A stretch of 50,063 bases of DNA, filler included, from Sphacelaria rigidula (taxonomy: Eukaryota): the NCBI GenBank assembly GCA_964200075.2. It is 3 parts of 3 records of this genome, joined end to end, with 100 filler letters (N's around TTAATTAATTAA, not from the genome) between each part and the next. Parts side by side here need not be neighbours in the genome. Positions count along the whole stretch, not along the records: positions 1 to 16,622 come from CAXNAA020001297.1; 2 more parts are not named here. One strand, given 5' to 3'. Positions 1 to 12,463 of the stretch are shown here, one piece after another (the stretch's first letter is position 1; every line of letters begins with the position of its first letter). The translations under genes were made by a program, and so were the position numbers. A model generated the notes under the pieces. It saw only the letters and a list, made by a program, of their open reading frames with translations, was not told where the DNA came from and searched no databases.

Positions 1-67
1 AAAAAACCCCCCTTCAACACAAAAAAGAAAATTTATAAAAATTAAATGCAAAAAAAATTAATAAATA

Positions 68-100
<33 letters not shown>

Positions 101-1167
101 TTATGTAAAATTGTCGCGCGGGCAAGTGTTGAATCACGTGAGACTTCGCCCCCGTCCCCCCTCCCACCCCGCCGACGCCGTCCGATGAAAGCAAAAAACG
201 AGGGTTTGATTCACGATATGATCGTTTCTCATGACTTGAAATAATAATCGTTTTGATTGAGCTCACACCTACATGATACATGTGAGTCCGAATTTTAGGG
301 GTGGTGAAAAAAAAACGACCAACAGAAGACGAAACCATCCACGAACAATTCCAATAGATGCCGAACCGACACCTGTGCCCCCCCCCCCTCCCCCCCAACC
401 TCTGCCTGCCCCCTTCCCTCCGCCTACCCCCCCACCCGTTGACGTGAGTTGTCCCAAATGTTCAGTCCGTCATTCTGAAGCTCGGATTTTTGTGTCTGAC
501 CATATAAACCGTAACTATTACTACTACTTATAAACGTCGTTCCAGAGTTCATATCCGACCACTTGCCTCTGTGCCGATAGCTCAATATCATGTACTCGAT
601 GAAACGAGCAAAATTCAAGAACCACCCCCCTCCTCCCCTCTTCGCCCCAAGTCCGAAATATTTTCACACCGCGTCACATACAAAACTACAACACGAGACG
701 AGATCGCACGGCGACAAGAAAACAGCAAAGGGAATAAATCCCTTCAATGCCCGACGCGGAAGTGGGGGGGGAGGGGGGCACGGAAAAATACCGCCTCCCC
801 GATCCGTCCGAGCTCGTAAAATACGCAGGGGATCCGTCCCTGTCGATCCGTCTCTGACGCTCGCTTCGCTCGAACAGTGTCTCGACAAAAACGTTCACGG
901 CATTCCCTCGCTACAGCACATGAATGTTTTGCATACTATACGTGGGACAGGGTCTTCCATCATGTAATTCACTATTCGGTAAGAACTTTATATCCATACC
1001 CCTCACATACATATCTTCAGAATCACAGAAAGCCGCAACGAGAACACTACAAATGTGTCCCATGCCCTACCCATCCCACGCCCTATTTCTCCCCCTCATT
1101 CCCAATAATATGTGGGTACCCTTCTCCCTCTCAAGTTTTGTAACACGACTGACTACCGCACTCACCC

Positions 1168-1199
<32 letters not shown>

Positions 1200-1452
1200 A
1201 CCCCCCCCCCCCCCCCCCCCCCCCCCCACCCCCCCCCCACCACCCACCACACCANNNNNNNNCCCAACTCAAAAATGTTGTGGGCCCCCTTCCCCCCCCC
1301 CAGTTTTAAAACCCGCCTAACCCCCCCCCCCCCCCCCCCCCCCCCCTCCCTGTAAATCAACGTTAGTCCACCGGGTCACTCACAAAATCGTCCACGACAG
1401 AAAAAATGATACTCGGCGCGACATGACGCGGCATGAAACAAACACCTTGTAC

Positions 1453-1562
1453 TCAGATGAGATCCTTATCCTTGAGCACGCTAGACAGTGTTACTAACTC
1501 TTGTTCCAAGATGTCCATGCCTAGTTTCATGGCCTTGTGGACAACAGGTGTGTTCTCTGCCC
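1453..1562 (-). CDS. terminal exon of contig A gene (GAENTPVVHKAMKLGMDILEQELVTLSSVLKDKDLI*)
   Basis: Acceptor catcgcag| after a T-rich tract. Phase 1 matches the upstream exon. Helical-looking peptide ending in TGA. Confidence 0.72.
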
Positions 1563-4500
1563 CTGCGATGACGCGAATCCACGAGACAAAAAAAGCATGG
1601 CCAAATGGACACAGGAGGGGAAAGGCGGTCGTTAGAAGTACAGCGGATAGCACGCGCGGGCACTAGGCCAGCCACACGACGGGACGCAAGAAATAACAAA
1701 TAACGCCCCCTTGTGAAAACTGCGGTCCTAACGCTCTCCTCCCACGATTTTCATGGTTTCCCAATCGTCATCACTTTGCTGTGAACGTTTGAAATGCAAT
1801 AGCAATTTCAATTAAATGTTAACCTTCATCAAATACATTTCGCATACCCCTCGCGACAACTTTGTTCTCGCCGTGAAATCGCGAACGTTCAACTTTTGGA
1901 AACGCGGACTATTCTCTCACGGAAAATTGAACGTGTTCGGACGTTGAGCGCCTAGCTGTCCCAATGCGAAGAGTAAAATTGGGTAGAAGTGTGAACCATA
2001 TTCACAAACTAAATCAAGTACCAAAACATGACGCGCATCTCTTGCCTCGTATCGTGCACTACCGCAAGTCATTCTCCAACAATATCCTATTGGGTGACGT
2101 CTCGGAAAAAATTCAAGCCTACAGAGTCCTTTGTTCGATCGACTTGTAGTGAGTTTTCGTGTGCAGAGACATTCATGTGAATACGTGAACTAGGCTTCGC
2201 TGGGGGTGAGGAAGTAGAGTCACGGGTCCCGAAGAAGAACGTTGTCGTACCCTGCTGCCGAAGGATGTCCAGAGTGAGGCGTATTCCCTCTCTTGTCATC
2301 TAGGCAAGGATTTGGCCGTGACCGATGGTAGGCAAGGAGAAGAAGTGAACGAGGTGGTACGGTAGTACCGGCTACGCTCCACCAGGGTTCATGCGGTGAA
2401 CCCATTGTTTCGGGCTCTTGTACCGGAGACTCCGTTTGCCTAGGTTGCCCAAGATCCAGTCTCACAGGTTTGAACGTTTCGGGTTCGCTCATGTGTGTCA
2501 CTGGCGGACCCCGTTCCCGAGACTGTTTCTCCGGCTTACATGTGTATTTGGATGTTCATTACCCTCAAACAAATGTGATCTCCACAAATATAATCGTTTT
2601 GTAATACAAGCACTGTGTGCATAGTGCTCTTCATCGTAAAGGCACCAGTTTGAAGCGGTAGTTGCACGCACGGCGTGCGAGGTCTCACACCCGCGGTAGA
2701 GTACAACGCAACGAATCACGTTAGATGACAGCAAAACGAATGCAGTAAGTACTTTTTACATGCATACAAGCCGTACGAGACCCGAAGCTGCGCCCGGGGC
2801 TGCGCCCCGGTCCCGTCCGTCTTTTTCGAGGGCCTCGGTATTCTTGCCCTGCCAAGCCCTCGTAAGATCCTCTCTCGAAATGTTCATGCCCGTCGGGAAC
2901 ATTGCAGGACCACCGCGATCGCGCGTCCGTTCGAACGGTCGCGAACGCATGTGTACCCCCGCACAAAGTCAAGTACGAATCCGTGTACTAGATTCCTAGC
3001 ATCGGCATTGGCCCGAACAGTCATCTCCCGGGGCGGGTGCGGGGGAACTTGCACACTAAAATCAGCATTGGATTCCGTGGACGCCTCGTTACAATGTATG
3101 CTTCACGCTGGTGAGTTCGACATATTCTATGTATATACTATGTGTCAAACGCATTCGACAACTCTGCGTGGTAATGCACGCGAACTTCTGCAGCTTCCTT
3201 TGAAGCTCTTCCCAATCTACACGAGCTCTGGCATCCATCGCGCCTGGAGCTTTCTTACAGCGTACACCATACTTGTAATATCCAATACATGTATCGACTG
3301 ACCCGTACATTGGCACCCACGTAGACCCAATATATATCGAACGGTCAAAATGTTTTCATTCATGCGACCCTAATATTGGTCGTGCAATATGCTGTCACCC
3401 ACGCTGCCCCAACACATATTAATGGGACCATATGTGTTCAACCCCACAGTACCAATATATATATATGTATATATTGGGCGCGCAAAACGTGTGCAGTCCA
3501 AGGGTGCCAATATATATTACGCCGGCAATATATCGCAATTTCCAGTATAATCGACAAATATTGAGAACATTTTGTATTGTCCAGGGTGTGAAATATTTAA
3601 AACACACCGATATCTGACCGAATGTTGGAAAAACGTCTTCTAGACTACCAGAATATCACCACTGTTGGACGAACCTTTTAGCCTGATGGGGTGTCATCCC
3701 GCCTGTGTCGAACACACATCCTACGGTAAACATGTACTCCCTCTGATCGCGAGTGTAAGCAAGGTAGGGACAAAATGTGGTCTACCTCGGGCCCAGGATA
3801 GGTCTTCGCGAACCTTTCTTGTGGTGGTTTCTCAGCGTTCCTGCACAACAGGGAGAACAAGTCTTTTTCAAATTTCCCTCCAAAACGGGTTATCCAACCA
3901 TATCAGAAGTAGCTCGAAATTACCACCCTCTTTTTGAGGCTCCGAAAATCAACACTCCTTCCCATCGTGTGATGATGTATGCCTGCTGCTGGGGGTGCAG
4001 TTCACGGACCAAAGCGCGACAAAATTAACAACTCTGAGAAAGACGAAGTGATTCGGTACCCCCTAGATTGCAGCTTTTAGGGTTAGGGTTAGGGTTAGGG
4101 TTAGAGTGACATAGCCGGAGTTCTGTCCAAGGCCGTAGTGGTGGCGTTATGGGGCGAAAATATGCCTCGACCTATCAGCGGCCTAAAGTTGCTGTGAAAT
4201 TAAATGTGCAAATTTTCATCCCGCCGTCGCGCCCCCGTGGTGCAATGGTTAGACTGTCACTACTAAGATGGAGAGATCATGGGTTCGATTCCCGATGCGT
4301 TGGGTCTTTTCCTTCATGTATCTGATTTCCACCGTCGAAAGCGAGAAAAACGTGCGTAAGCAAAAGGTAGTTGACTGAGTTTGTTTGACGAGAGCTGACG
4401 CGGTGTGGTAGTACTGACCAAAAAACGCGAGATCAAATGGCAAGGCATGGGCAAGAGAGATATTGGTTGATTCCTTGAGATCAATAGACCACGGACTCGT

Positions 4501-7500
4501 ACCGAGGAAGGGAAGGGGTTCGGAGTGCGACAAGAAATATAACGAGTAAATAAATGTAACCCAATGTGCACCCACTCTTCACGTCCTTTAGTTCGTAGTA
4601 TCCACCATCAGCTCAGGAAATCTAACCAAAAACACATTTTCGAAAACGGTTACGACATGATCGAATACCCAAACCCGTCGAATCTCTATGATGTGGGCTT
4701 TGGGCGTCGTCGGATTTCTACTGATGGTCTGCATCAAAGACTCGAAAAGCTTCTAGATGCTTTCGCTTTTATCTATCGTAGAAGGGTTATATGATCACCC
4801 TCAAGCTTGGCAGTTCGCTGGGTAGTGGTGCTTCACATGGAAAAAATCTAATAGATCGTTGAAAAATATTTCGAAGTTACTCCGCTCGCACCAGCTTCCG
4901 CGGCTTCAGGCGTCAAGACCCCCGGAAGCCGGCAAAGAATGCCTCAAAGCAGGAAAATTATATTTATTCGTCAAGGGGTATTCAAAGAACTATATCAAGA
5001 GCAGGTCGAGTAAAATATTTACTTTGAATACTCGAGTAAACTACCCGAGTATTTACTCTACTCAAATTTTGGGTAGATCGAGTACGGCCTCGAATAATCT
5101 ACTCAAGGTTTGGGTAGATTGGGTACGATCTCAAGTACTTTTCTCAAATATCGGGTGAGTACTCTCAGCAATACTTGGATATAGAGTGTCACTTGGGTAA
5201 TACCTCAATACTCTACCCAAATTGTGTGTAAATTGAGTACGACCACAAATACTCTACTCAAAGTTTGGGTAGATTGCGTACGACTTCAAATTCTCTGCTC
5301 AAATACTCCAGTAATGGATAAGCACTCTCAGTAATACTCAGGTACTATATATATAGAGTATCACTTGGGTATGATGAACGACCGTGACCGTCGGCGGCCG
5401 CGTGACGTCACTTCACAGACTGTGTTGCATTCATGGGCGAACAATGGCCATGAGATGAGTGACGCTACGTTACGGGCTACAATGAGTATGAGCGAATGAT
5501 GGCCATCCAGAAACTGAACAAACGTGTAGGCGAACGAACCCACCTGCCCCCACCCACGGCAGTACATACTTGATACCTCGCAAACTCTTCCATGTCAGTT
5601 TCAGTGCAGAGCGTCACTCATTACTTTTGCGTAATCGAGCAGACCGGTAGTCGGGTAGGTATAATCAAAATGAGCGACTCTACTGGCCGCACATGTGACT
5701 CCTCCATGGGATACCCAACGGTGGAAATTGTGCAAGGGCAGGATGGAGTAGAGTAGATACTTTTCAATACTCGGGTGACATACCCAAGTATTTTACTCTA
5801 CTCAAACTTTGGGTGGATTGAGTATGACCTCGAATAGCAGATTGAGTACGGTCTCAAGTACTCTACTCAAATTTTGGGCAGATCGAGAATGACCTCAAAT
5901 GCTCTGTTCAATCTTTGGGTAGAGTGAGCCCGACCTCAAATACTCTACTCAAATTTCGGGCAGATCGAGTATGACCTCAAATACTCTAAACAAATTTTGG
6001 GTAAGTCGAGTATCATCTCAACTAATCTACTCAAATTTCAGTGAGATTTCGTACGACATCAAACCCTTTGCTCAAATACTGGGTGAGCACTCTCAGCAAC
6101 ACTGGGGTATAGACCATCACTTGGGTATGACCTCAACGCTCTACTTAAATTTCGGTTAGATGGAGTATGGCTTCAAATACTCCACTCAGAGTTTGGGTAC
6201 ATTGAGTACGACCTCGAATTTGGGTAAGTACTCTCAGTAATATTTGGAGTATGGAGTATCACTTGGGTATGACCTCAAATACTCTACTCAATTTTTGGGT
6301 ATACTGAGTACGACCTCAAACGACCTCAAACACTGCTCAAATTTTGAGTACTTAAATAATGACTTTTCGAAAATACCGAGTATTGAGTATACGTTGCTCG
6401 ACCTGCCCTTGAACTATTTGTACAAGTTCGTTACGAAACTAGATAAACCGATGAAAAGCGGCCGTTTTCACGTCGAAAAGGGTCTTCTATGCTCGAATCA
6501 ATCAAGTTAGGAAGTTGTATCGGGCACGGGACACTTCAGGGCACATATTCGCAACATTTCACGCAGGTGTTTCGAGTTAGACCCTGAAAATCGAGCAAAT
6601 GTACCTCACGTCATTACGACTTGCTGGGGACGGGGTTCTCCGGTTTGTCATTCGCCGGTTTTCGGGGGTGCCGGAACGTCACGTGATCGCCTCATATTCC
6701 CCAGAACCCTAGGATCCTTGAAAACCGGCGGAATGAAGGATATGAAAAAAAAACTTTCATAGGAAGCTTTGTAGTGACTTGACGTACCGATACACAAATT
6801 TTCGGAATCTACCTCGAAGCCTCGCGGGAAGGTTCGCGGATGAGTGTAGCTGGGTGTTCACCGTGATCTAGACAGTATCCAGAAACGGTTTGTGTGGCCA
6901 AAACGGGTGAACGTCAATGATTGTATGACTGTGTGATCTTATGGCCTATACCCTGAACAGCGAGGCTACGAAGAGTGTTCCTTTCTTAGGTCGGCATTAC
7001 TTTTGGCGCTAGAAGGCACTTCTCAGAAACATTGCGGCGTGAGATACTGATCCGAGGCAAGGATTGTTGTGACACGGGGGGCAGTGCTCCGAGCCCATGA
7101 GACCTATACAAGGTTAAACGCCCTACATCGTGCCTTATGCCATCTCTCATTTTGAAACAACATGACGAAAATCAATTTACTCGTGAGACACCCGCCGGTT
7201 GTTCACACATGTGGAGTGACGAGCCACCGTACATAGCCCGTATGAAATCAATGCTTTTCCCAAGGGGTTCCCAACGCAGGCGTGACCATCGGTGCATTCT
7301 CAGATAACGAGCTCGAAAACACTCACTGACTCATCTCGTCACAATAGAAATGAGGTTGTAGCTCTCTTCTCGACTCTTACCACGAATGCACACGTGACAC
7401 CGGCGTCGGCGCAAAGCCTGAGAGTGGTGCTTCCCATCGAGACCAGTCATCGTGCTGTAATTCGTCATCCCACAAGGCTTGTAGAATCAAAGAACATGGC

Positions 7501-10081
7501 ATGTCTGTTGTGCGCCATAATGCACTAACTCAGCTTCCCCTACACGAAATGAAATTCAGCTGTAGAGATGGCACAACGCCCCCAGCACGCATGCCGTGTG
7601 ATGTGATCGTGGGCTAACGCACGTGGAAGCGTGTGCCAGCATGTATACACGAATTACTGAATCCTCTTCCTCGCTCACGTCTCGACAGCACTGCAGGGCA
7701 CGCGATGTACGGAGCTCGAAACCCGCATTGCGACTTCTTTGGCCCGCAGCAAGCCTGAACGGGAAATGTTCCAATACAGACCGAGTGTGGGGCGAGGATC
7801 ACTGCTACGTGATTTCCTGTTGCCCACTCTTCTATGACGAAGGCTCACGCGCGAAAGCATGTCTTTCTGCCGCCGCATCTCTCACTCGTTACATCTGCAT
7901 ACTTCATTGTCCAAAGCTTAGGGCAGCGGGTTCGAGAAATTGCAGAGCATTAAATACCTGTACTATGAATAGTTTGACAAAACAAATAGTGCTGTGGCGC
8001 TTTCGTATCTCTCGCATATTGTGCACTCCCAACTACCTTGTCTCACGTCGGTTTTCGTTTTTTTTATCGAAGGGGTGGGTGCGGTCGTCGGTGCGGTTAC
8101 CTTCGCTATTTCCTGTCCATCGATCGGTGTAACAAAAACGTTGCGATTGTGAATTGAACTCTTGTGTGCGGCAAGCCGTGTAGTTTGATTACTGGTAGGG
8201 TTGTTTTCTCATTCTTTATTTCAAGTTCATCCCAAGTACTCGGACGGTGCTTGCTGGAAACGTGCCACCACAATGGAGCCGTCAGCCGCACCGTTCCTGC
8301 TTTGCGGATGGCGTCAACTTCTGGGTCTCCTCCTGTACCTCCGCGATGACTGCCGAAGTTGGGATTGTGTAACCAATCTTCTGACCTACAAGGTGTACAT
8401 GAATTAATGCAGTACCCTTGCAAGTACGGTATGCTGAGGCCTGCATCTGTCGCTGCAGGTGTATTCATCGTTTTGGCCCCGTAACATAAGGCACTGCAGT
8501 TCCGGAGAACCACATGCTATGCTCCGAGCTGAACCAAGTGATGACGACACCACCCCGTGCCATACCGCACGCTCTGTGCCGCAGTGATACCGCCAAGATC
8601 AAGTACTGTACTATACAGTACAGTCCTTCTCCAAACATCGTACTCGAGGACAACCCTGCAACACTCTGCAATCGAATCAGTATTTTCGAGCCATAGGTTT
8701 TGAAAGTGTTGTTCGAGTCGTGAGAAGAACCGACTTGGAAACCCATTAGATATTCATAAGTATGCCATGAGTACTGGGTCACCACTCTTAAGCTATGTGG
8801 GTTCATGTTTTTTTACATGGGGTCTGCAACGCCGCCCCGTTCTCATGGCGCGAGCACACCGCAAACCACGCTGCCTGTGCTTCTTCGCAAATAACTGTTA
8901 TCGGAGTGACAAAAGTACAAACCGCACCGTCAGTGTTGGATTGATTCAAGACCGTGCCCACCCAGCGGCGCTGCTCTCCCACCCTACACAAGACAGCAAC
9001 ACCCTGTAGATGACTCAAATATGTCTGACGCAAAATGATCGCGCGAAACAACGTAGCCAGTCCGGTTGGGGTGGCCATTCATGTAGACCTTCAAGTGGTG
9101 GCTTTCCTTGAACATCCGACCCCAATAGTCGAGCCTGATGATCGGGGGGCAACAACTCCACTATATAACTCTTCGTCAAGTAGAACGGACGCCATGTAGC
9201 CCTTCACTAGTTTCAGAGCATACACCGCTGAGTAAGCACGCAAGGCATGTGCACGACGAACTCAATTCCACTCGCGCATACGCGTTCCCCTCGTCACAAG
9301 CACATTCCACCTGTGCTGCACTCCACATCGAAATTGAAGGCAGTGCTACAAGAAGTTCCTACAAGTCCAGCCAATTAAACGATGTCATCGTCTTTCTTCC
9401 CGCTAGAAATGGATTACCTCGCTACTGTACAAGGCCCGCAATAATCATAGCTTCTGCACGGGATAAGCTCGTTGTATACACGTCACAGCCCCTTCCTGTA
9501 AACGATGACAGCGATTGGGTGCCGGCAATGCCATCCCGCACGCCTGCAAAGTTAGCTAATAGCCATGGAAGGAGAACACCTGAGCTGCAGGCACGTAAAA
9601 AAATGTACCTTGAGCGGAGGGTTCCTCATGACGAAAGATCTCGTGTCACCAGAGAGATTACACGTGCATCACATGCAAGAGATCGAAGTCAACTTTACAC
9701 TTCATGCATGTTCTGAACGTGCTGGTGTGGGTTGTGTTGAATCATCGAGCACCCGATCACCACCCTACAGTGCAGTATCCCCCGTAGCAAGTCGTTATCA
9801 CACGATTAAAATACGCCTCCAGATGCGTGTCTGTTGCCAAGTGAGCGATGCAAGGAGAAATAAACGGCGACCGACAGGCAAGCGAAGCTACTCTTGCAAG
9901 TCGTTGATGGGGCGTTAGGCGCTCGTCAATGCCTCCATCTCCGTCAGCCGTCCGTCACCTACATGCTTCCGTAGTAATTGCCGGAGCTGTTGTGGTGAGC
10001 ATGAGTAGGCTAGTAGCGCTGGTCTAGCTATTGGCATGACCAGCAGTGCACGTGGCGGAATGATGAGGGAAAGCGGGTCCC
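1453..10081 (-). CDS. 3' portion of a multi-exon gene of unknown function (gene-level span; further 5' exons probably upstream)
   Basis: Chain of exons with YAG/AAG acceptors, GT donors and mutually compatible phases: 8962-9003, 8292-8385, 7679-7754, 7381-7477, 3786-3840, 2768-2848, 2251-2299, 1453-1562 (TGA stop). Weaker candidates are 9418-9453 and 9963-10081. Spliced C-terminus: ...SEDWLHNPNFGSHRGGTGGDPEVDAIRKAGTACCGPKKSQCGFRAPYIACPAVLSRPLWDDELQHDDWSRWEAPLSGFAPTPVSRVHSWNAEKPPQERFAKTYPGPEGKNTEALEKDGRDRGAAPGAASGLVRLMTREGIRLTLDILRQQGAENTPVVHKAMKLGMDILEQELVTLSSVLKDKDLI*. Confidence 0.62.
2251..2299 (-). CDS. internal exon of contig A gene (MTREGIRLTLDILRQQG)
   Basis: ccttgcctag| acceptor and G|gtacga donor. 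Phases 0 and 1 match both neighbours. Confidence 0.7.
2768..2848 (-). CDS. internal exon of contig A gene (GKNTEALEKDGRDRGAAPGAASGLVRL)
   Basis: ttggcag| acceptor and CTT|gtatgc donor, 81 nt, phase 0-0. Confidence 0.58.
3140..3590 (-). mobile_element. non-autonomous DNA transposon fragment (CACACCCTGGACAAT terminus family); inverted copy of 14764-15210
   Basis: About 450 bp aligns by eye in reverse complement to 14764-15210. It ends in ttgtattgtccagggtgtg, the same terminus as the TSD-flanked elements at 10893-12463 and 25324-25460. Confidence 0.7.
3786..3840 (-). CDS. internal exon of contig A gene (NAEKPPQERFAKTYPGPE)
   Basis: ctgttgtgcag| acceptor and GAG|gtagac donor, phase 2-0. Confidence 0.62.
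4077..4106 (+). repeat. interstitial telomeric repeat (TTAGGG)4 plus one degenerate unit
   Basis: ttagggttagggttagggttagggttagag read directly. It lies inside an intron. Confidence 0.9.
4231..4306 (+). mobile_element. tRNA-derived SINE head / pseudo-tRNA
   Basis: GCCCCCGTGGTGCAATGGTTAGA (A box) ... ATGGGTTCGATTCCCGAT (B box/T arm). Acceptor and anticodon stems pair poorly, so it is not called as a functional tRNA. Confidence 0.6.
4996..6411. mobile_element. hAT-type non-autonomous element with internal 41-bp minisatellite
   Basis: TIRs CAAGAGCAGGTCGAGTAA / CAAGGGCAGGTCGAGCAA (16/18). 8-bp TSD aactatat (4988-4995) / aactattt (6412-6419). A second internal left end starts near 5733. Confidence 0.82.
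5054..6352. repeat. 41-bp tandem repeat (consensus ~TACTCTACTCAAATTTTGGGTAGATTGAGTACGACCTCAAA), interrupted at ~5372-5732
   Basis: Unit starts at 5054, 5095 and 5136 are exactly 41 apart. Each unit is an imperfect palindrome. Confidence 0.85.
7381..7477 (-). CDS. internal exon of contig A gene (LWDDELQHDDWSRWEAPLSGFAPTPVSRVHSW)
   Basis: TG|gtaaga donor in phase 2 completes a W codon with exon 3786-3840. Acceptor tctacaag| is phase 1. Confidence 0.65.
7679..7754 (-). CDS. internal exon of contig A gene (ACCGPKKSQCGFRAPYIACPAVLSR)
   Basis: cccgttcag| acceptor and C|gtgagc donor. Phase 0-1 fits both neighbours. Confidence 0.6.
8292..8385 (-). CDS. internal exon of contig A gene (SEDWLHNPNFGSHRGGTGGDPEVDAIRKAGT)
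   Basis: ccttgtag| acceptor and ACG|gtgcgg donor, phase 2-0. Confidence 0.6.
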
Positions 10082-10892
10082 CTGAACATCCAGACAGTAC
10101 AATGAGTGCGGACGTGCATACATGTAGCACTAAAGCGACAGTGTAGTGATATTTTGGTTGGGCGTATCGATAGAACCGTTGCTCTGGACACCAAGCTTTT
10201 GCGGAACCTGAAAGTTGGTTGATGGATATGTGAGCGATCATCTTCATTCACGTGAGGCGAAATCAGCTTCGGACAGTCGTTGAGACGTCAGCGATTTGGA
10301 ACCATGCCATCACACACTGTCTATGATGAGGCAAGGAGGTAGATCTGCGGTCTAAGCTATCGCGGATGTCGCTGTTGGTCATCAGATGTTGCTTTGAAGC
10401 TATTTTTCGATCGACCCTGCACCGTGTCCGGAACATGAGCCGCAAGAAACACGAGCCGTGTAGAGGGGAATATTAACACCCTCGGGGCATCAGATATCCA
10501 TTAGATGCCTCACATACAGCTTGAGCTCTCACACAGCAGGGAGAGAGACGAGCATGCCCACGGCCCGGGGGCAATATGTTGTCGACAAGATTTCGAACGA
10601 AAGTAACTGCTCGAGAGGTCGTGATAAAAACATTTTTTTAATTGATACAGCCGTGAAGGTCACCCAACAATGGCGTGCGACGGCTTCAATCAGCCGGCTC
10701 CCAAAAAGGTTGTCGGTCGGACGGTCACCGTAAAATCTTCCTCCCATCGACATGCTTGTATCCCCACAATCATCACTACAATAGTATATATCGGCAAAGG
10801 TACCCCTGCGTGTCTTGCTCCCCATCTTGCACCATTTTCCTGTCTTATTTTACTAGGGAATTGAAGAACCCCGATCCTTTCCTTGTATCTCC

Positions 10893-12463
10893 CACACCCT
10901 GGACACTAGACGGCATTTCTATTGCTATCGCAATAGATGCCAATATTGCCGTCCGTAACGGCCATCGATCGGCAACTTTCTCTTCCTTTCGTCGTTGGCA
11001 ATGCCTATCGATAGACCAGTTTCCCGCACTTTTGTCTGGGCAGCAGTCTGTTGTGGCCCTGCAACGAAAACTATCACGGCCGACCAAATACATCGATCGA
11101 TAGCTTCCCAAATTTATTGATGGCGGCAATGGCTATCGATAGACCGCGTACCAAATCTATTGATGACGACGATGGCTATTGACAGATTGTATGCCAAATC
11201 TATTGATGGCGACAATAGCTATTAATGGGTGCGTATACATCTATGCATGGCGGCAATGAATATCGATATATACATACCAGAGACTACTACTGTGGTATAC
11301 AATGCCTACCGATAGATATTATCTGTCATCTATTGTCACAGCTACGTATAGAGCATATTATACTCCGTTAAGGTACAGTAGAGGAGACGCAGGTGGGCAT
11401 GCAGTGGGTATATAATGATTCTACATGTCAATGTATGACATCACGTTTCTACAGTTTTGTAACGCTCGTATTTTGTAGGAATCCGCAATATGTGTTTTTT
11501 GTCGTCGGTGTGATGTTGGTACTTATGGCTGTCCCTCTGGTGGACATGAGCGCTTACAGCATGATACCCTGGACAATAGACTACAGCATGTAATAAATAG
11601 AACATTGGCGCTGGAATAGCCCCAAAAATTGGACAGTCAACGTTCATTTTGAGTCATTATTGACTGGCATCAACGTCTATCTGTAGCTATTGTAGGCGAC
11701 ATTAGATTCGGGACAAAGGACGGAATGTACCATTGCCGTGACAATGGAGGGGCCAAGTTCTCTATCGATACACTTTATTTGTTGCAATAGGCTCTGAGTT
11801 GCGGCCACCAATGTCCATTGCTAATCACAATAGGATCTGCCACGCGGCCACCAATACATATTGTTGGTCAAAATGGGATATCAATTGCGCCCACCCATGT
11901 CTATTGAGGGTCACAGTATAATCTGAATCGCGGCCACTAAAATCTATTTCTGACCACAAAAGTAGCTGAATGGCGTCGATCACTAGCGCTATGTATGCAC
12001 ATATTTCGTATCGTTGGCGTCACTGGCTATCGATAGGTGGATCCGAGAACAATCGATTGCTGACGGCAAGGCACATATTGATGACGGTAATAGGTATTGA
12101 TAGATGGCTCACCTAATCTGTTTATGACGGCAAGGCCTATCGATGGATGGCTCACCAAACCTATTGATAACGGCAATGGCTGTCGATGGACGGCTCATCA
12201 AATCGATTATGGCAATGGCTATCGATACATACATCCCGATATCCATTGCAGTACACGATGTCCATCTATGGCGGGTGACATTCATCTATTGTGATTGCCA
12301 TCGACGATCGATCGACTATTGCAACATCTATTGTCCCTTGCAACACATATCAATAATACATGTGTTTCACCATCTATCGTGTTCGATAATATATATCGAT
12401 AGATTTTCCCCGCGTCTATTGCTGAAGCAATGGACTATTATTGTGTCCATTGTCCAGAGTGTG
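10893..12463. mobile_element. hAT-type non-autonomous element with 43-bp internal tandem arrays and a nested terminus at ~11562
   Basis: TIRs CACACCCTGGACACT / CACACTCTGGACAAT. Degenerate 8-bp TSD gtatctcc / gtatcgtc (6/8). 43-bp units at 11108/11151/11194, 11801/11844/11887/11930 and 12076/12119/12162. Confidence 0.7.

Noticed and set aside
1..460. ORFs with poly-F, poly-G and poly-P tracts
   Set aside because: They are translations of poly-A and poly-C runs at a low-quality contig end, with no splice or codon support.
1095..1350. Proline-rich 'extensin/formin-like' ORFs and an apparent tandem duplication
   Set aside because: This is a poly-C run with Ns. 1270-1340 is a C-contaminated re-read of 1105-1170, typical of sequencing or assembly error after a homopolymer.
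4231..4306. Functional tRNA gene
   Set aside because: A and B boxes are present, but the acceptor and anticodon stems do not pair properly. It is better explained as a SINE head.
5054..6352. CRISPR array
   Set aside because: The units are contiguous and degenerate with no unique spacers. There are no cas genes, the context is eukaryotic, and the array is enclosed by TIRs and a TSD.
1453..10081. Contig A exons as the 3' end of the BEACH gene
   Set aside because: They show no PH, BEACH or WD40 motifs and sit on a different contig.
10904..12422. CACTA (En/Spm) element suggested by CACTAGACG
   Set aside because: There is no 3-bp TSD. The true termini lie further out (10893 and 12463) with an 8-bp TSD, indicating hAT.
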